Shown here: piece after piece, positions 31,136 through 42,019 of the stretch
How positions within the stretch are numbered: the stretch's first letter is position 1
Layout of the letters: each line of letters starts with the position of its first letter
NCBI GenBank assembly: GCA_963798965.1
Contig: CAWCVW010000008.1
Location: forward strand, 890,430-954,429
Direction of reading: 5' to 3'
DNA: 64,000 nucleotides
From: an uncultured Actinomycetota bacterium
GTDB taxonomy: Bacteria > Actinomycetota > Actinomycetes > Mycobacteriales > Nakamurellaceae
Program-made: the position numbers and the translations under genes
Notes under the pieces: model-generated
Database searches by the model: none
The model's input: the letters and a program-made list of their open reading frames with translations, nothing else
What the model was told of the DNA's origin: nothing

Positions 31136-32944
31136 TCACAGCGGCGTGTCGTCGGCCTCCATGGGGTCACCGGGCAGGCTGGGCGCGCGAACTCCGGGCG
31201 GCAGGTGACCATGCCGCTGCTGGTACGCCTCGAGATAGGCCGCGACGGCCGTCGGCAGGGTGGGGAAGATCCGGTGATTGCCCACGCTGTCCACCAGCCC
31301 GGCCTGGACGAGATCGTCGCGCAGGTCCTGCTTGACCCTGGCCATCGCGAAAGTCATTCCCCGGTCGTTGATCTCGGTACGCAATTGCTCCAGTGCGTCC
31401 GCGGCGGTGATGTCGATCTCGACGTTGGCTTCGGCGTTCAGCACGAACCACTCCACCGGGGCCGGCTCGTGCAGTTGACCGTGGATGTCCACCGACTCGC
31501 CGGCCAGTTCGATGGCACCCAATGCCCGGCGACGGAAGTTCTCGGCGTTGGCGAAGCAGAGCGGGGCGTCATAGCGGTACACGACCAGTCCCGGGACCTG
31601 ACGGGCTCCGGGGTAGTCGTCGACGTCGTGCATGCCGGCCATCTTCGGCACGTAGCCGAGGATGCCGTCGTGCGGCCGGGCGACCCTGCGCAGCAGATCC
31701 AGGATGGACAGCGCCACCGCCGCCAGCACCCCGTACAGGACGCCCAGGGCGAGGACGGAGACCGTCGTGAGGGCGGCGAGGAGCAGTTCACTGCGCCGGA
31801 ACTTGGCGATCCGTCGAATCTCCTTGACGTCGATCAGCGTGACCGCGGCGAAGATCACCAGTGCGCCGAGCGCGGCACTGGGGAACTGCGCCAGCAATGG
31901 GCCGGCCACCACCAGGGTGAGGATGACCAGCCCCAGCATCACCAGCGAGTACAGCTGGGTCTTGCTGCCGACGGCCGCGCCCAGCGCGGTCCGGCTGCCG
32001 CTGCAGCTGACCGGGAAACCCTGAGAGAAGGATGCGACGACGTTGCCGGCGCCCAGCGCCGTCCATTCCTGGTTGGCGTCCACCTGCTGGCCGCCGGCCC
32101 GGGCGGCGAAGACCCGGCCGGTGAGCACGATGTCGGTGTAGCCGACGAAGGCGATGCCCAGGGCGGGAACGAGCAGCATCCCGAGGTCGGTCAGGCTTGG
32201 CACCGAAGGGGTCGGCAGGCCGACGGGCACGCTGCCGACGACCTTGATGCCGCGGTCCTGCAGTGCGAGCACCCACACCACGACCGCTGACAGCGCCACG
32301 GTGATCAACGGCCCGGGCAGTCGCGGCGCGAACCGCTTGAGCGCGAACAGCATCACCACCAGGATCGTGCTCATGACCACGGTGGGCCAGTGGATGCCGC
32401 TGATCCCCTCCATGAAGGTCTCGATCTGCGGGATGAACTCGTCGCCGGTCACCTTGACGCCGCTGATCTTTCCCAGCTGGCTGGACATCATGATCACCGC
32501 GACACCGGCCATATATCCCACCAGCACGGGCTTGGACAACAGGTCGGCGAGGAAGCCCAGTCGCGCCAGTCGAGCCAGGAAGCACAACCCGGCGACGGCG
32601 AGCGCGAGCGTGGCCGCCAGCGTTGCGTACCGCGCGGGGTCTCCTGCCGCGATGGGCATCAGCACCACGGCCGTCATCAGCGCAGTCGTGGACTCCGGAC
32701 CGATGGACAACTGCCGCGATGTCCCCAGGACTGTGTAGACGGCCAGCGGGCCGACGATGCACCACAGGCCGGTGACCGGCGGCAGGCCGGCGAGCTCTGC
32801 ATAGGCCATCACCTGCGGGATGAGGTACGCCGCGACGGTGAAACCGGCCAGGATGTCACCGCGCAGCCAGCTGCGCTGATAGCCGCGGAACTGGGCGAGC
32901 CCGGGAAGCAGCCGGATGACGGTGGAGCGTTCGGCGATGGCCAT
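31136..32944 (-). CDS. SulP family anion permease with STAS domain
   Basis: DILAGFTVAAYLIPQVMAYA, GPESTTALM, DANQE, GSRTA, YRYDAPLCFANA STAS domain. Confidence 0.95.
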   Translation of the reverse strand: MAIAERSTVIRLLPGLAQFRGYQRSWLRGDILAGFTVAAYLIPQVMAYAELAGLPPVTGLWCIVGPLAVYTVLGTSRQLSIGPESTTALMTAVVLMPIAAGDPARYATLAATLALAVAGLCFLARLARLGFLADLLSKPVLVGYMAGVAVIMMSSQLGKISGVKVTGDEFIPQIETFMEGISGIHWPTVVMSTILVVMLFALKRFAPRLPGPLITVALSAVVVWVLALQDRGIKVVGSVPVGLPTPSVPSLTDLGMLLVPALGIAFVGYTDIVLTGRVFAARAGGQQVDANQEWTALGAGNVVASFSQGFPVSCSGSRTALGAAVGSKTQLYSLVMLGLVILTLVVAGPLLAQFPSAALGALVIFAAVTLIDVKEIRRIAKFRRSELLLAALTTVSVLALGVLYGVLAAVALSILDLLRRVARPHDGILGYVPKMAGMHDVDDYPGARQVPGLVVYRYDAPLCFANAENFRRRALGAIELAGESVDIHGQLHEPAPVEWFVLNAEANVEIDITAADALEQLRTEINDRGMTFAMARVKQDLRDDLVQAGLVDSVGNHRIFPTLPTAVAAYLEAYQQRHGHLPPGVRAPSLPGDPMEADDTPL

Positions 32945-33248
32945 CAGAGCACTGATCTCGAGAGAGCTGTGCCCGCGCCGCTCGGTGCGGCCGATGACAG
33001 GGCCGGTGATCCTGGACCGACGAGCCGGCCGACGGCTGACCCACTGGGGGCGCTGATCCACCTGGAGAGCGCGGCAGGGAAACCGTGACCGGTGGTGTGA
33101 CCGAGTCGGCTTCGACCGGATCGATCGCGGGTGGTGCTCCCCCGATCGGGTGAAATTCGGCAAATTCTGCCGGTCCCGGAACGGCCGACCACGCGCACCC
33201 GCTGCACCCCAAGCAATCTGCGGAAACACTGCTTTTCGTCGGCCATGA

Positions 33249-34436
<1,188 letters not shown>

Positions 34437-34484
34437 GCAGTTCCCGCATCGTCCTGACGATGCAGCGCAGCCGTGCAGCAACAT

Positions 34485-34604
34485 GCACTTGGGCAACACA
34501 ACAGAGCACTTCGGCAACACAGCAGCACGGCGATGCAGCAGAGATACAGCAACAGAGCACTACAGCAACAGAGCACTACAGCAAGACGGCAGGACAGCAG
34601 TACG
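34485..34604 (+). repeat. A/C-rich 16-bp-period degenerate repeat in the rpf 3' UTR
   Basis: GCACTTGGGCAACACA, GCACTTCGGCAACACA, GAGATACAGCAACAGA, GCACTACAGCAACAGA, GCACTACAGCAAGACG, GCAGGACAGCAGTACG. Confidence 0.8.
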
Positions 34605-34605
34605 T

Positions 34606-34640
34606 AGAGGCGCCGACCGCACCAGTGGTCGGCGCCTTCT
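34606..34640 (+). terminator. Intrinsic terminator-like hairpin after rpf
   Basis: AGAGGCGCCGACC-gcaccagt-GGTCGGCGCCTTCT. Confidence 0.7.
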
Positions 34641-34800
34641 GCGTTCGCTGGTCAAGGTCCGCGCGCCGTCCGTGAGCGAGTGCGGCCATCCGGCCTGTTG
34701 GTCGGGAGCACGCCCGGCGGGCGCTGCCCTCGGACGCGCGTTGTCCCGACTCGAATCGAACTCCCGGGTCCGGCACACAGATGCGGCTACCATCCCGTCC

Positions 34801-35586
34801 ATGACGACCGGTACGGAGCCGACACCGTGTGCGGGTACCGGCCGACCACGACGGGTGCCTTCTCGACGGGTACCTGCTCGACGGGCGCGGCGCGGGCACG
34901 CGGTACTGCGCTGCGGCGTCGCACTGCTCGCCATAGCCGTGCTCGCACTGGGTGCAGGGTGCACATCATCCAGCGGAACCGCCACCGCAACCGCCGTCAC
35001 CCCCGCCGCAGCGACCCTGCTGGCCGATTCCGCCACCGCCATGTCGGCGGTCACCAGCGCCAGTTTCGAACTGACGGTCACCGGCGACCTCCCGGCCGTC
35101 CCGGTGCAGCAGGCGACCGGTCAGCTCACCGCGACCGGTGACGCCAAGGGGTCGGCCACCATCAGCCAACTGGGCCAACTGGTCGAGGTGGAGTTCGTCC
35201 TGATCGGCGGAGAGCTGTATCTCAAGGGTGCGACCGGAGGGTTCACCAAGGTGCCGTCGGCACTGGCCGGTGCCCTGTACGACCCGTCGGTGATCCTGAA
35301 CCCCGACAAGGGTGTCGCCGCCGCGCTGTCCGCCGCGCAGGGCGCGACCGTGACCGGCACCGATGGTGAGGCGTGGTTGGTGTCCGCGACCGTGCCTGCT
35401 GCGGTCGCCGGCGGCCTGATCCCCGGCATCACCACTGATGTCGCCGCGGTTTTCACCATTGCGATGGCCGGCAAGCAGTTGACGGCGGCGACGCTGACGT
35501 TGAGCGGTGCCGACGGGCAACCGGCCACCGTGACGGTCACGCTCTCCGACTTCAACGAGCCGGTTTCGATCAGCCCGCCGGGGTGA
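34801..35586 (+). CDS. lprG: LppX/LprAFG family lipoprotein (LprG-like)
   Basis: Lipobox [31 protein letters not shown]; paired with a P55-like MFS transporter. Confidence 0.85.
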   Translation: MTTGTEPTPCAGTGRPRRVPSRRVPARRARRGHAVLRCGVALLAIAVLALGAGCTSSSGTATATAVTPAAATLLADSATAMSAVTSASFELTVTGDLPAVPVQQATGQLTATGDAKGSATISQLGQLVEVEFVLIGGELYLKGATGGFTKVPSALAGALYDPSVILNPDKGVAAALSAAQGATVTGTDGEAWLVSATVPAAVAGGLIPGITTDVAAVFTIAMAGKQLTAATLTLSGADGQPATVTVTLSDFNEPVSISPPG

Positions 35587-37118
35587 GAGGAAGCCGCAGG
35601 CTCGCCATCGGCGCTGCGGGTGCCGCGGTGCTACTGGCCGCGCTGGATGCCTACGTCGTCGTCGGTGTGCTGACCGACATGGTGCGGGACCTGGGGATAC
35701 CGGTCAACCGGCTCGAGCGGGCAACACCGATCATCACCGGATTCCTGCTCGGGTATGTCGCGGGCATGCCGTTGCTCGGACAGATCTCGGACCGGATCGG
35801 GCGACGCCCGGTACTGCAAGGCTGCCTGCTGGCCTTCGCGATCGGCTCCACCGTGACGGCCGCCGCCGAACAGGTGCCACTGCTGGTTGCCGGCCGCCTG
35901 CTGCAGGGGCTGGCCGGTGGTGCGCTGCTGCCGATCTCGATGGCCCTGGTCGCCGACCTGTGGACCGACCGGAAGCGGTCCACCGCCCTGGGCTTCGTCG
36001 GTGCGGCACAGGAGCTCGGCAGCGTTTTGGGCACGCTGTACGGCGTCGGCATCGCCGCTCTCGCCGGCGCGTGGAGCGTCACCGCCCAGCTGCAGCCGGA
36101 GAGCTGGCGCTGGATCTTCTGGATCAACCTGCCGTTGACGGCCGCGGCGATGCTCGTGGTCCAGCTGACCGTTCCGACCGGGACCCGCTCGCCTGACCGG
36201 TCACCGCCCGGCATCGATGTCGTCGGCGGTGTGCTGCTCGCGTTGGCGCTGGCCCTGCTGGTGCTGGGGTTGTACAACCCGGATCCGTCACGAAGTGTGT
36301 TGCCTCCGTGGGGCCCGGCGGTCATCGCTGCTGCGGTGGTCGTGCTGGTGGGGTTCGTGGTGTGGGAACGTCGCGCGAAGGTCCGGCTGCTCGACCCCGA
36401 AGGGGTCGCCATGGGCCGGTTCATGGCCACGCTGGGGGTCAGTGCGGCGGCCGGTGCGGCATTGCTGGTGACGCTGGTCAACGTCGAACTGTTCGGCCGG
36501 ACCGTGCTGGAACTCGATTCCTCCGGATCGGTCCTGCTGCTGGTCAGGTTTCTCCTGCTGCTGCCCGTCGGCGCGGTCCTCGGCGGTGTGCTGACCGCCA
36601 GGCTGGGCGAGCGGGCAGTTGCAACGACGGGACTTGCGCTGGCGGCCGCCGGCTATCTGCTGATGTCCAGATGGCCCGCCGACGTCCTGGCGGCCGTGCA
36701 TCCCCTTGGACTTCCCGTCGCCGACACCGACCTGGCCATTGCCGGTCTCGGTCTGGGCCTGGTGATCGCACCTGTCTCGACGGCCGTGTTGCGGTTGGTG
36801 CCGGCCGGTGCGCACGGCGTTGCATCGGCGGCCGTCGTCGTCGCCAGGATGACCGGCATGTTGGTCGGCGTCGCGGCGCTGTCCGGGTGGGGGTTGTACC
36901 GCTTCGGGGTGCTGACCGCGACGCTCAGCACGCCGCTGCCCGTCGGTGTCACGCAGGAGCAATTTGCCGCTCAGATCGCCGAGTACAACCGAGCGGTCTC
37001 GGCAGCCCTGCTCACCGAGTACCGGGAGATCTTCGCCCTGACCGCGGTCATATGCCTTGTCGGCGCCGGGCTTTCGCTCTTGTTGCCGACCCGCCGGCGG
37101 GTGTCTCAGCCTGGATGA
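35583..37118 (+). CDS. P55-like 14-TM MFS transporter (Rv1410c family)
   Basis: [54 protein letters not shown] overlap with lprG. Confidence 0.9.
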   Translation: MRGSRRLAIGAAGAAVLLAALDAYVVVGVLTDMVRDLGIPVNRLERATPIITGFLLGYVAGMPLLGQISDRIGRRPVLQGCLLAFAIGSTVTAAAEQVPLLVAGRLLQGLAGGALLPISMALVADLWTDRKRSTALGFVGAAQELGSVLGTLYGVGIAALAGAWSVTAQLQPESWRWIFWINLPLTAAAMLVVQLTVPTGTRSPDRSPPGIDVVGGVLLALALALLVLGLYNPDPSRSVLPPWGPAVIAAAVVVLVGFVVWERRAKVRLLDPEGVAMGRFMATLGVSAAAGAALLVTLVNVELFGRTVLELDSSGSVLLLVRFLLLLPVGAVLGGVLTARLGERAVATTGLALAAAGYLLMSRWPADVLAAVHPLGLPVADTDLAIAGLGLGLVIAPVSTAVLRLVPAGAHGVASAAVVVARMTGMLVGVAALSGWGLYRFGVLTATLSTPLPVGVTQEQFAAQIAEYNRAVSAALLTEYREIFALTAVICLVGAGLSLLLPTRRRVSQPG

Positions 37119-38037
37119 GCCGGCTCCCTAGGAACGCCTCCAGCACCGCGGCGAACCGGTCCGGCTCGTCGAGGTGCGGGAAGTGCCCGGACCTGTCGAA
37201 GATCTCCACCATTGCTGACGGCAGTGCGGCCCGTGCCGTCTGCAGGTGGGACGACGGGACAATCCGGTCGCGCGCGCCCCACACCAGCAGGCTCGGCACA
37301 GAAGCCAGCCGCGGCAACCGGTTCTGCGCAGAGACCGTCTGTCCGAACAGGTCGATGACGGACCTGCTGGTGGCCAGGAAGGCTGACCGGGTGGGGGCGT
37401 CCGCAAGGGTGGACAGGTTGCGCCAGGCCTCGTCCGAGCTGGGACTGATCGGCGGCAGCCCCAGCTTGCCCCAGTAGTTCAACGCGGTGTCGCCGACATC
37501 TCTCAGCCACCTGGAGGCGATCAGCGGCAGCACCAGTTCGCTGCCCGGCAACGTTGCGATCCGGAGCAGCGGGTTCAATTCCTTGCCGAGGCCGCCGCTG
37601 CTGACCAGCACGAGCGCGTCCACCCGGTCCGGGAACAGGTAGGCGAACTGCAGCGAGATGCCGCCGCCGAGTGAGTGTCCGACCACGATCGCCCGGGGGA
37701 TGCCCAGTTCGTCCATCAGGTCGCGCAGCGTCGCAGCGTGCGAGCTCAACGAGTAATCACCCGCGGGCTTGTCGGAATCGCCGTGGCCGAACAGGTCCGG
37801 TGCCAGGACGCGACGGTGACCCGCCGTGCGTTGGATTTGTGCGGACCAGGTTCGCGATGAGCTCATCAATCCGTGGACGAACAGCACGGGCGGCAGATCG
37901 GACTGGCCCGGAGCCGCCGGCAGGTCGGTGTAGGCCAGCCGGTGGCCGTGCAGGACAACCTCGTACCGACCATCGGGCGGCGGTGCGGCGGTCGGGTCTG
38001 CGGGCGCCGACGACGGCAGGGGTGCGGGATATGGCAC
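37048..38037 (-). CDS. Alpha/beta hydrolase
   Basis: [33 protein letters not shown]. Confidence 0.9.
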   Translation of the reverse strand: MPYPAPLPSSAPADPTAAPPPDGRYEVVLHGHRLAYTDLPAAPGQSDLPPVLFVHGLMSSSRTWSAQIQRTAGHRRVLAPDLFGHGDSDKPAGDYSLSSHAATLRDLMDELGIPRAIVVGHSLGGGISLQFAYLFPDRVDALVLVSSGGLGKELNPLLRIATLPGSELVLPLIASRWLRDVGDTALNYWGKLGLPPISPSSDEAWRNLSTLADAPTRSAFLATSRSVIDLFGQTVSAQNRLPRLASVPSLLVWGARDRIVPSSHLQTARAALPSAMVEIFDRSGHFPHLDEPDRFAAVLEAFLGSRLIQAETPAGGSATRAKARRRQGI

Positions 38038-38050
38038 GGTCGGCCGCCTG

Positions 38051-38066
38051 GTTACTCGTCGGTAAC
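38051..38066. promoter_or_regulatory. GTTAC-N6-GTAAC site (GlnR/MtrA-type box candidate)
   Basis: Palindromic and matches GTNAC-N6-GTNAC; 14 bp upstream of the hydrolase start. Confidence 0.35.
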
Positions 38067-38129
38067 TTCCGGACAGGAGCAGCGTACGCGGCACCAGTGG
38101 GGTGTGCCGGACACCGTCTTGCGTCGGGG

Positions 38130-39005
38130 TCAGCGGCCGAGCGTCACCTGCTCGGCGATCCGGGTGAGTTTGTCGGGGTTGCGCACCGTGTAGATGCCGG
38201 AGATCAGAGCGTTCTCCACGCGCACCGACACGACCCCTTCGACGTTCCCGTCCAGGCGCAGCAGCAGGGCCGGCCAGTAGTTGAGATCTATCGGTTCCAA
38301 GGTCATCGCATCGCCCACGGTCGCCATGCCGGCGATGAGCAGGCGGGACACCTTGTCGATCCCGACGACGGGTCGCGGCAGCGCTCTCCGGATCCCGCCA
38401 CCGTCGCCCAGGGCGACCACATCCGGGGCGAGGACGTCGGCCAGCGCCTGGATGTCACCGGTCACCAGGGCGCGCTTGAACGCCTCGACGGCTTGCCGGG
38501 CCTCGGCGCGGGAAACCCCACCACGAGGTCGGCGTTCGGCCACCCGAGCGCGCGCCCGGTGCGCGATCTGGCGCACGGCAGTTTCGGATTTGCCGACCGC
38601 CCGCGCCACCTCTTGATATCCCAGGTCGAAGACCTCCCGCAGAACGAAGACCGCACGCTCGGTCGGCGTCAGCGTCTCGAGTACCAACAGCATCGCCGTG
38701 GACAAGCTGTCGGCAAGCTCGACGTCGTCAGCCGCGTCTCCTGCCGTCAACAACGGCTCCGGCAACCACGGCCCGATGTAATCCTCGCGGCGCCTGGCCA
38801 CCGTTCGCAGCTGGTCGAGCGCCTTGCGCGTCACCATCCGGACCAGGAACGCCCTCGCGTCGCGCACCGCGGCGTGGTCCACGTCCTTCCATTTCAGCCA
38901 CGTCTCCTGCACCACGTCCTCGGCATCGACCGCCGAACCCAGCATTTCGTAGGCCACCGTGAACAGCAGCCGGCGATGGGTGAGGAAGGGGTCGGTCATC
39001 GACAT
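38130..39005 (-). CDS. ECF41 (SigJ-like) sigma factor with SnoaL-like C-terminal extension
   Basis: RRLLFTVAYEMLGSAVDAEDVVQE, YIGPWLPEP, ERAVFVLREVF, GDGGG, RNPDKL. Confidence 0.93.
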   Translation of the reverse strand: MSMTDPFLTHRRLLFTVAYEMLGSAVDAEDVVQETWLKWKDVDHAAVRDARAFLVRMVTRKALDQLRTVARRREDYIGPWLPEPLLTAGDAADDVELADSLSTAMLLVLETLTPTERAVFVLREVFDLGYQEVARAVGKSETAVRQIAHRARARVAERRPRGGVSRAEARQAVEAFKRALVTGDIQALADVLAPDVVALGDGGGIRRALPRPVVGIDKVSRLLIAGMATVGDAMTLEPIDLNYWPALLLRLDGNVEGVVSVRVENALISGIYTVRNPDKLTRIAEQVTLGR

Positions 39006-39613
39006 CAGGGTCGGCGCCGTACTGAGATGTCGTCGAGCGGTGCCAGTCCGCAACTGGCGGCGTAGTGCTCCGAACTGATGCCGAGGGCGATGTTGGACCG
39101 CGCGCTCGCGTTCATGAAGGCAACCTTGGCCGTCAGCTCCACCAGTGCGGGAGCCCCGAGATCCTCGAGCAGTGCGGCCGACATGTCGTCGGTGACCGTC
39201 GGCGTGCTCTGGCACATTGCCTCTGCGTACTCCATCACCCGTCGTTCCGCCGGTGTGAACACGCTCGACTCGCGCCACCGCGGAACCTCGCGCGCCTTGA
39301 CTTGGTCCAAGCCGCGGTGGTGAGCCAGGAAGTAGTTGAGGTCCAGGCAGAAGCTGCACCCGATCTGGGCTGCAGCGGCCATGCTCGCGAAGCAGGAGAG
39401 GTTCCTGTCGAGCCGGTCCCATTTTTCCGTGCGACGCCCGAACTTCATCATGTCCTTGAAGACGCGCGGGTTCTGCCAGGACACCTCGACTCCCGCCGGC
39501 ACGCCGCCGAACATCTTGCGCATCGCCGACTTGAGGAGCCTTGCGTAGATCCCCGTCATCTCGGCACGGGGGACTCGAGTGTGGTTCGTGGCTTGCTTGC
39601 CGATGGTCGTCAT
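39005..39613 (-). CDS. Carboxymuconolactone decarboxylase/AhpD-like protein
   Basis: GCSFCLD CxxC, WRES.VFTPAER..MEYAEAM; TGATG coupling to ECF41. Confidence 0.88.
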   Translation of the reverse strand: MTTIGKQATNHTRVPRAEMTGIYARLLKSAMRKMFGGVPAGVEVSWQNPRVFKDMMKFGRRTEKWDRLDRNLSCFASMAAAAQIGCSFCLDLNYFLAHHRGLDQVKAREVPRWRESSVFTPAERRVMEYAEAMCQSTPTVTDDMSAALLEDLGAPALVELTAKVAFMNASARSNIALGISSEHYAASCGLAPLDDISVRRRP

Positions 39614-39622
39614 GTACATGCA

Positions 39623-39649
39623 GACGCGGCCGGACGGCGTTCTGTGACA
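39623..39649 (-). promoter_or_regulatory. ECF41-dependent promoter TGTCACA-N16-CGTC
   Basis: Exact match to the ECF41 consensus on the minus strand, ending 10 nt before the CMD ATG. Confidence 0.85.
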
Positions 39650-39724
39650 GGTCGGCCTCGATGCGGCCCGGGGCTGCCGGCGGCATGAAATCTGGTGGGC
39701 ACATTTCGTGACTAGGCTCAGCGT

Positions 39725-39745
39725 TTCCGGACGGGCCGTCCGGAA
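39725..39745. repeat. Perfect 10-bp inverted repeat TTCCGGACGG-G-CCGTCCGGAA
   Basis: Seen in the divergent intergenic region; function unknown. Confidence 0.6.
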
Positions 39746-39770
39746 CGGCCGGGGACGGAGAACAACACTG

Positions 39771-40649
39771 ATGGGTTCCAGGCAGGTCAGCATCGGCTGC
39801 GATTTCGCGTATGACGCTCAGGTGGACACACCGGCGGTGTTCCAGGTGACACCGCTGGGTGTGGACGGGGTCGCGATCTCCGGCGAGGAGTGGATCAGCA
39901 CCCCCAACCAGGACTGGCACGAATATCGGGACCTGTACGGGAACCGTTGCCAGCGGCTGATCCTGCCGGCCGGTGAGTCCCGGATCTCCTATCGCGCGCT
40001 GGCCACGGTGCCCGACGCGACGGAGGACGCGGACTTCGAGGCGCCGGAACTGCTGCCGCACGATCTTCCCGACGACGTGCTGGTCTACCTGATGCCCAGC
40101 CGGTACTGCCTGCCCGACATGCTGGGCACCGAGGCGTGGGCGCGGTTCAGCGCCGTGCCGCCGGGGTATGGCCGGGTGCAGGCGATCTGCCAGCACGTGA
40201 ACGATCACCTCAAGTTCGCGTACGGGAGCAGTTCGGCGACATCGACGGCGGTGGACGTCAATGCGTCGGGCTTCGGCGTCTGCCGGGACTTCACCCACCT
40301 GGCCATCACGTTCTGCCGCGCGATGAACATCCCGGCGCGGTACGTGTTCGGCTACCTGCCCGACATGGACGTGCCGGCCGATCCGTCACCGATGGACTTC
40401 GCCGCCTGGATGGAGGTATGGCTCGGTGACCGGTGGTGGACGTTCGACCCGCGGAACAACATGCGGCGCAAGGGCCGGATCCTGATCGGCCGCGGACGCG
40501 ATGCGTCCGACGTGGCGATGGTGACCTCGTTCGGCGGCCCGACGCTGCAGTCGATGACGGTGACCGCGCAGGAGGCGGTGGCAGAGCATCCGGTGGCCCA
40601 GTCGTCGGTGGCCCAGTCGTCGGTGGCGGCGTCGTCAAGAGCTGAGTGA
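39771..40649 (+). CDS. Transglutaminase-like cysteine protease family protein
   Basis: YLMPSRYC, GVCRDFTHLAITFCRAMNIPARYVFGYL, DFAAWMEV, FDPRNN, RGRDASDVA. Confidence 0.92.
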   Translation: MGSRQVSIGCDFAYDAQVDTPAVFQVTPLGVDGVAISGEEWISTPNQDWHEYRDLYGNRCQRLILPAGESRISYRALATVPDATEDADFEAPELLPHDLPDDVLVYLMPSRYCLPDMLGTEAWARFSAVPPGYGRVQAICQHVNDHLKFAYGSSSATSTAVDVNASGFGVCRDFTHLAITFCRAMNIPARYVFGYLPDMDVPADPSPMDFAAWMEVWLGDRWWTFDPRNNMRRKGRILIGRGRDASDVAMVTSFGGPTLQSMTVTAQEAVAEHPVAQSSVAQSSVAASSRAE

Positions 40650-40794
40650 ACGGGTGCGTGATCGAGCGGTGCCCCGGTGAGCGCCGCGTGAGTGGATAGC
40701 CGCGTCGTCGATGGCGGTGGGACCAATGCCGGGTTGCGCACTCGGCGGGGATGCGGTGGGCCGGGGGGCAGCGGGCTTGGGCAACAATGACGTC

Positions 40795-41313
40795 ATGCCC
40801 ATCAGTTCGGAGTCGGCGGGCCGTCCGCCGTCAGGTCAGCGGGGGCGGGACCGCGACGATGCCGGGCGCGCCCGCAACGCACGTCCGCGGGACGCATTGG
40901 GTCGGCCATTGCCGTACGGGTCGCCGGACATCGCCCGTCAGCCGGAAGGTGTGGTGCGTACCCCCGCGCAGACCCTGGCGGAGGCGCAACGCCTGCTGGA
41001 TCAGCGGCTCCCGTTCCATGCGCACGAGGTGTTCGAGGATGCATGGAAGTCCTCCACCGGCGCAGCGGACCGCGCGCTGTGGAAGGGGATGGCCCAGTGG
41101 GCGGTGGGTCTGACCCACCTGGCGCGCGGCAACCGACGGGGAGCGGTGACCCTGCTGACCAGGGGCCGTGACGCGATCGCGATGTTCGACGGAGATCCGC
41201 ATGGCGTCCACATCGATCGGCTGGTCGGCTGGGCGTCGGCGCTCATCGACGAGCTGGAGTCGGCGGAGTCCGATGCGGATGTCCGCTGGGTCGTGCCCGC
41301 GTTGACCCGGTGA
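40795..41313 (+). CDS. DUF309 domain protein
   Basis: RNARPRDALGRPLP, FHAHEVFEDAWK, QWAVGLTH. Confidence 0.88.
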   Translation: MPISSESAGRPPSGQRGRDRDDAGRARNARPRDALGRPLPYGSPDIARQPEGVVRTPAQTLAEAQRLLDQRLPFHAHEVFEDAWKSSTGAADRALWKGMAQWAVGLTHLARGNRRGAVTLLTRGRDAIAMFDGDPHGVHIDRLVGWASALIDELESAESDADVRWVVPALTR

Positions 41314-41336
41314 CAGGCGGCCTGCCCCGCGAGGTG

Positions 41337-41963
41337 TCAGCGGTGCTTGAACCAGATCGGTGCCACCCGGAGCCAATCCCGGTCCCACTCGGCGCTGCGG
41401 CGGCGATCGAACTTGTTGGCGCTGAGCTTGAGCACGCCCGCCAGCAGCAACGCCCAGAAGATCATCATGCCCAGCGCGACCAGCAGTCCGTCGACGACCG
41501 CGCCACTCGTGCTGTGCGGCGCATCTGTCAACGCCCCCGAGCGATCGGTCCAGATCTGCACCCTGGTGCCCACGACAGACCCTGCCTCGGCGGGGACCTG
41601 ACCGTAGCGGGCGGTGCCATCGGTCGCCGCCCATTGCGCCGGGACCGCGGTGGTTCCCAGCACCGGCACGCCGGAGGCGGTGAACACCATCGCCGGCGCA
41701 GCCTTGGTGAGGACGGCGGTCGTCGCGAACCGGTCGTGGGACTGCGCCCGTGCCCTGTCCAGCCCGTCAGCGGACGCCAGGTAGCCGGTGACCGCGGCGA
41801 CCGGCAGCAACAGAGTCCACAGGGTGATCAGCACCCTTCGCAGGCAGGCGTGCCACCGGTCGACGTCACGGGCGAGCGGGTTACCCCAGACCGCGGTCAA
41901 CCAGTTGCGCTTCGCGAGCATGCGTGTGACCCCCGCGCCGTCACCAGAGTCGTTGGTGCGCAT
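41337..41963 (-). CDS. Rv1733c-family membrane protein (DosR-regulon type)
   Basis: NPLARDVDR, two TM helices, GTRVQIWTDRSG, WDRDW tail. Confidence 0.8.
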   Translation of the reverse strand: MRTNDSGDGAGVTRMLAKRNWLTAVWGNPLARDVDRWHACLRRVLITLWTLLLPVAAVTGYLASADGLDRARAQSHDRFATTAVLTKAAPAMVFTASGVPVLGTTAVPAQWAATDGTARYGQVPAEAGSVVGTRVQIWTDRSGALTDAPHSTSGAVVDGLLVALGMMIFWALLLAGVLKLSANKFDRRRSAEWDRDWLRVAPIWFKHR

Positions 41964-42019
41964 CAAGTCTCCTGTCGGGCTGCGTCGGTCGGTCGAAGGA
42001 GCTGTTGCGAGATGTGCTG

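Noticed and set aside
38130-40298. 722-aa sigma factor ORF and 617-aa ORF 41337-43190
   Set aside because: N-terminal extensions are off-frame read-through over neighbouring genes; trimmed to 39005 and 41963.
40597-40630. 15-bp repeat (PVAQS/SVAQS) at the transglutaminase C-terminus
   Set aside because: Trivial slippage duplication in a disordered tail.
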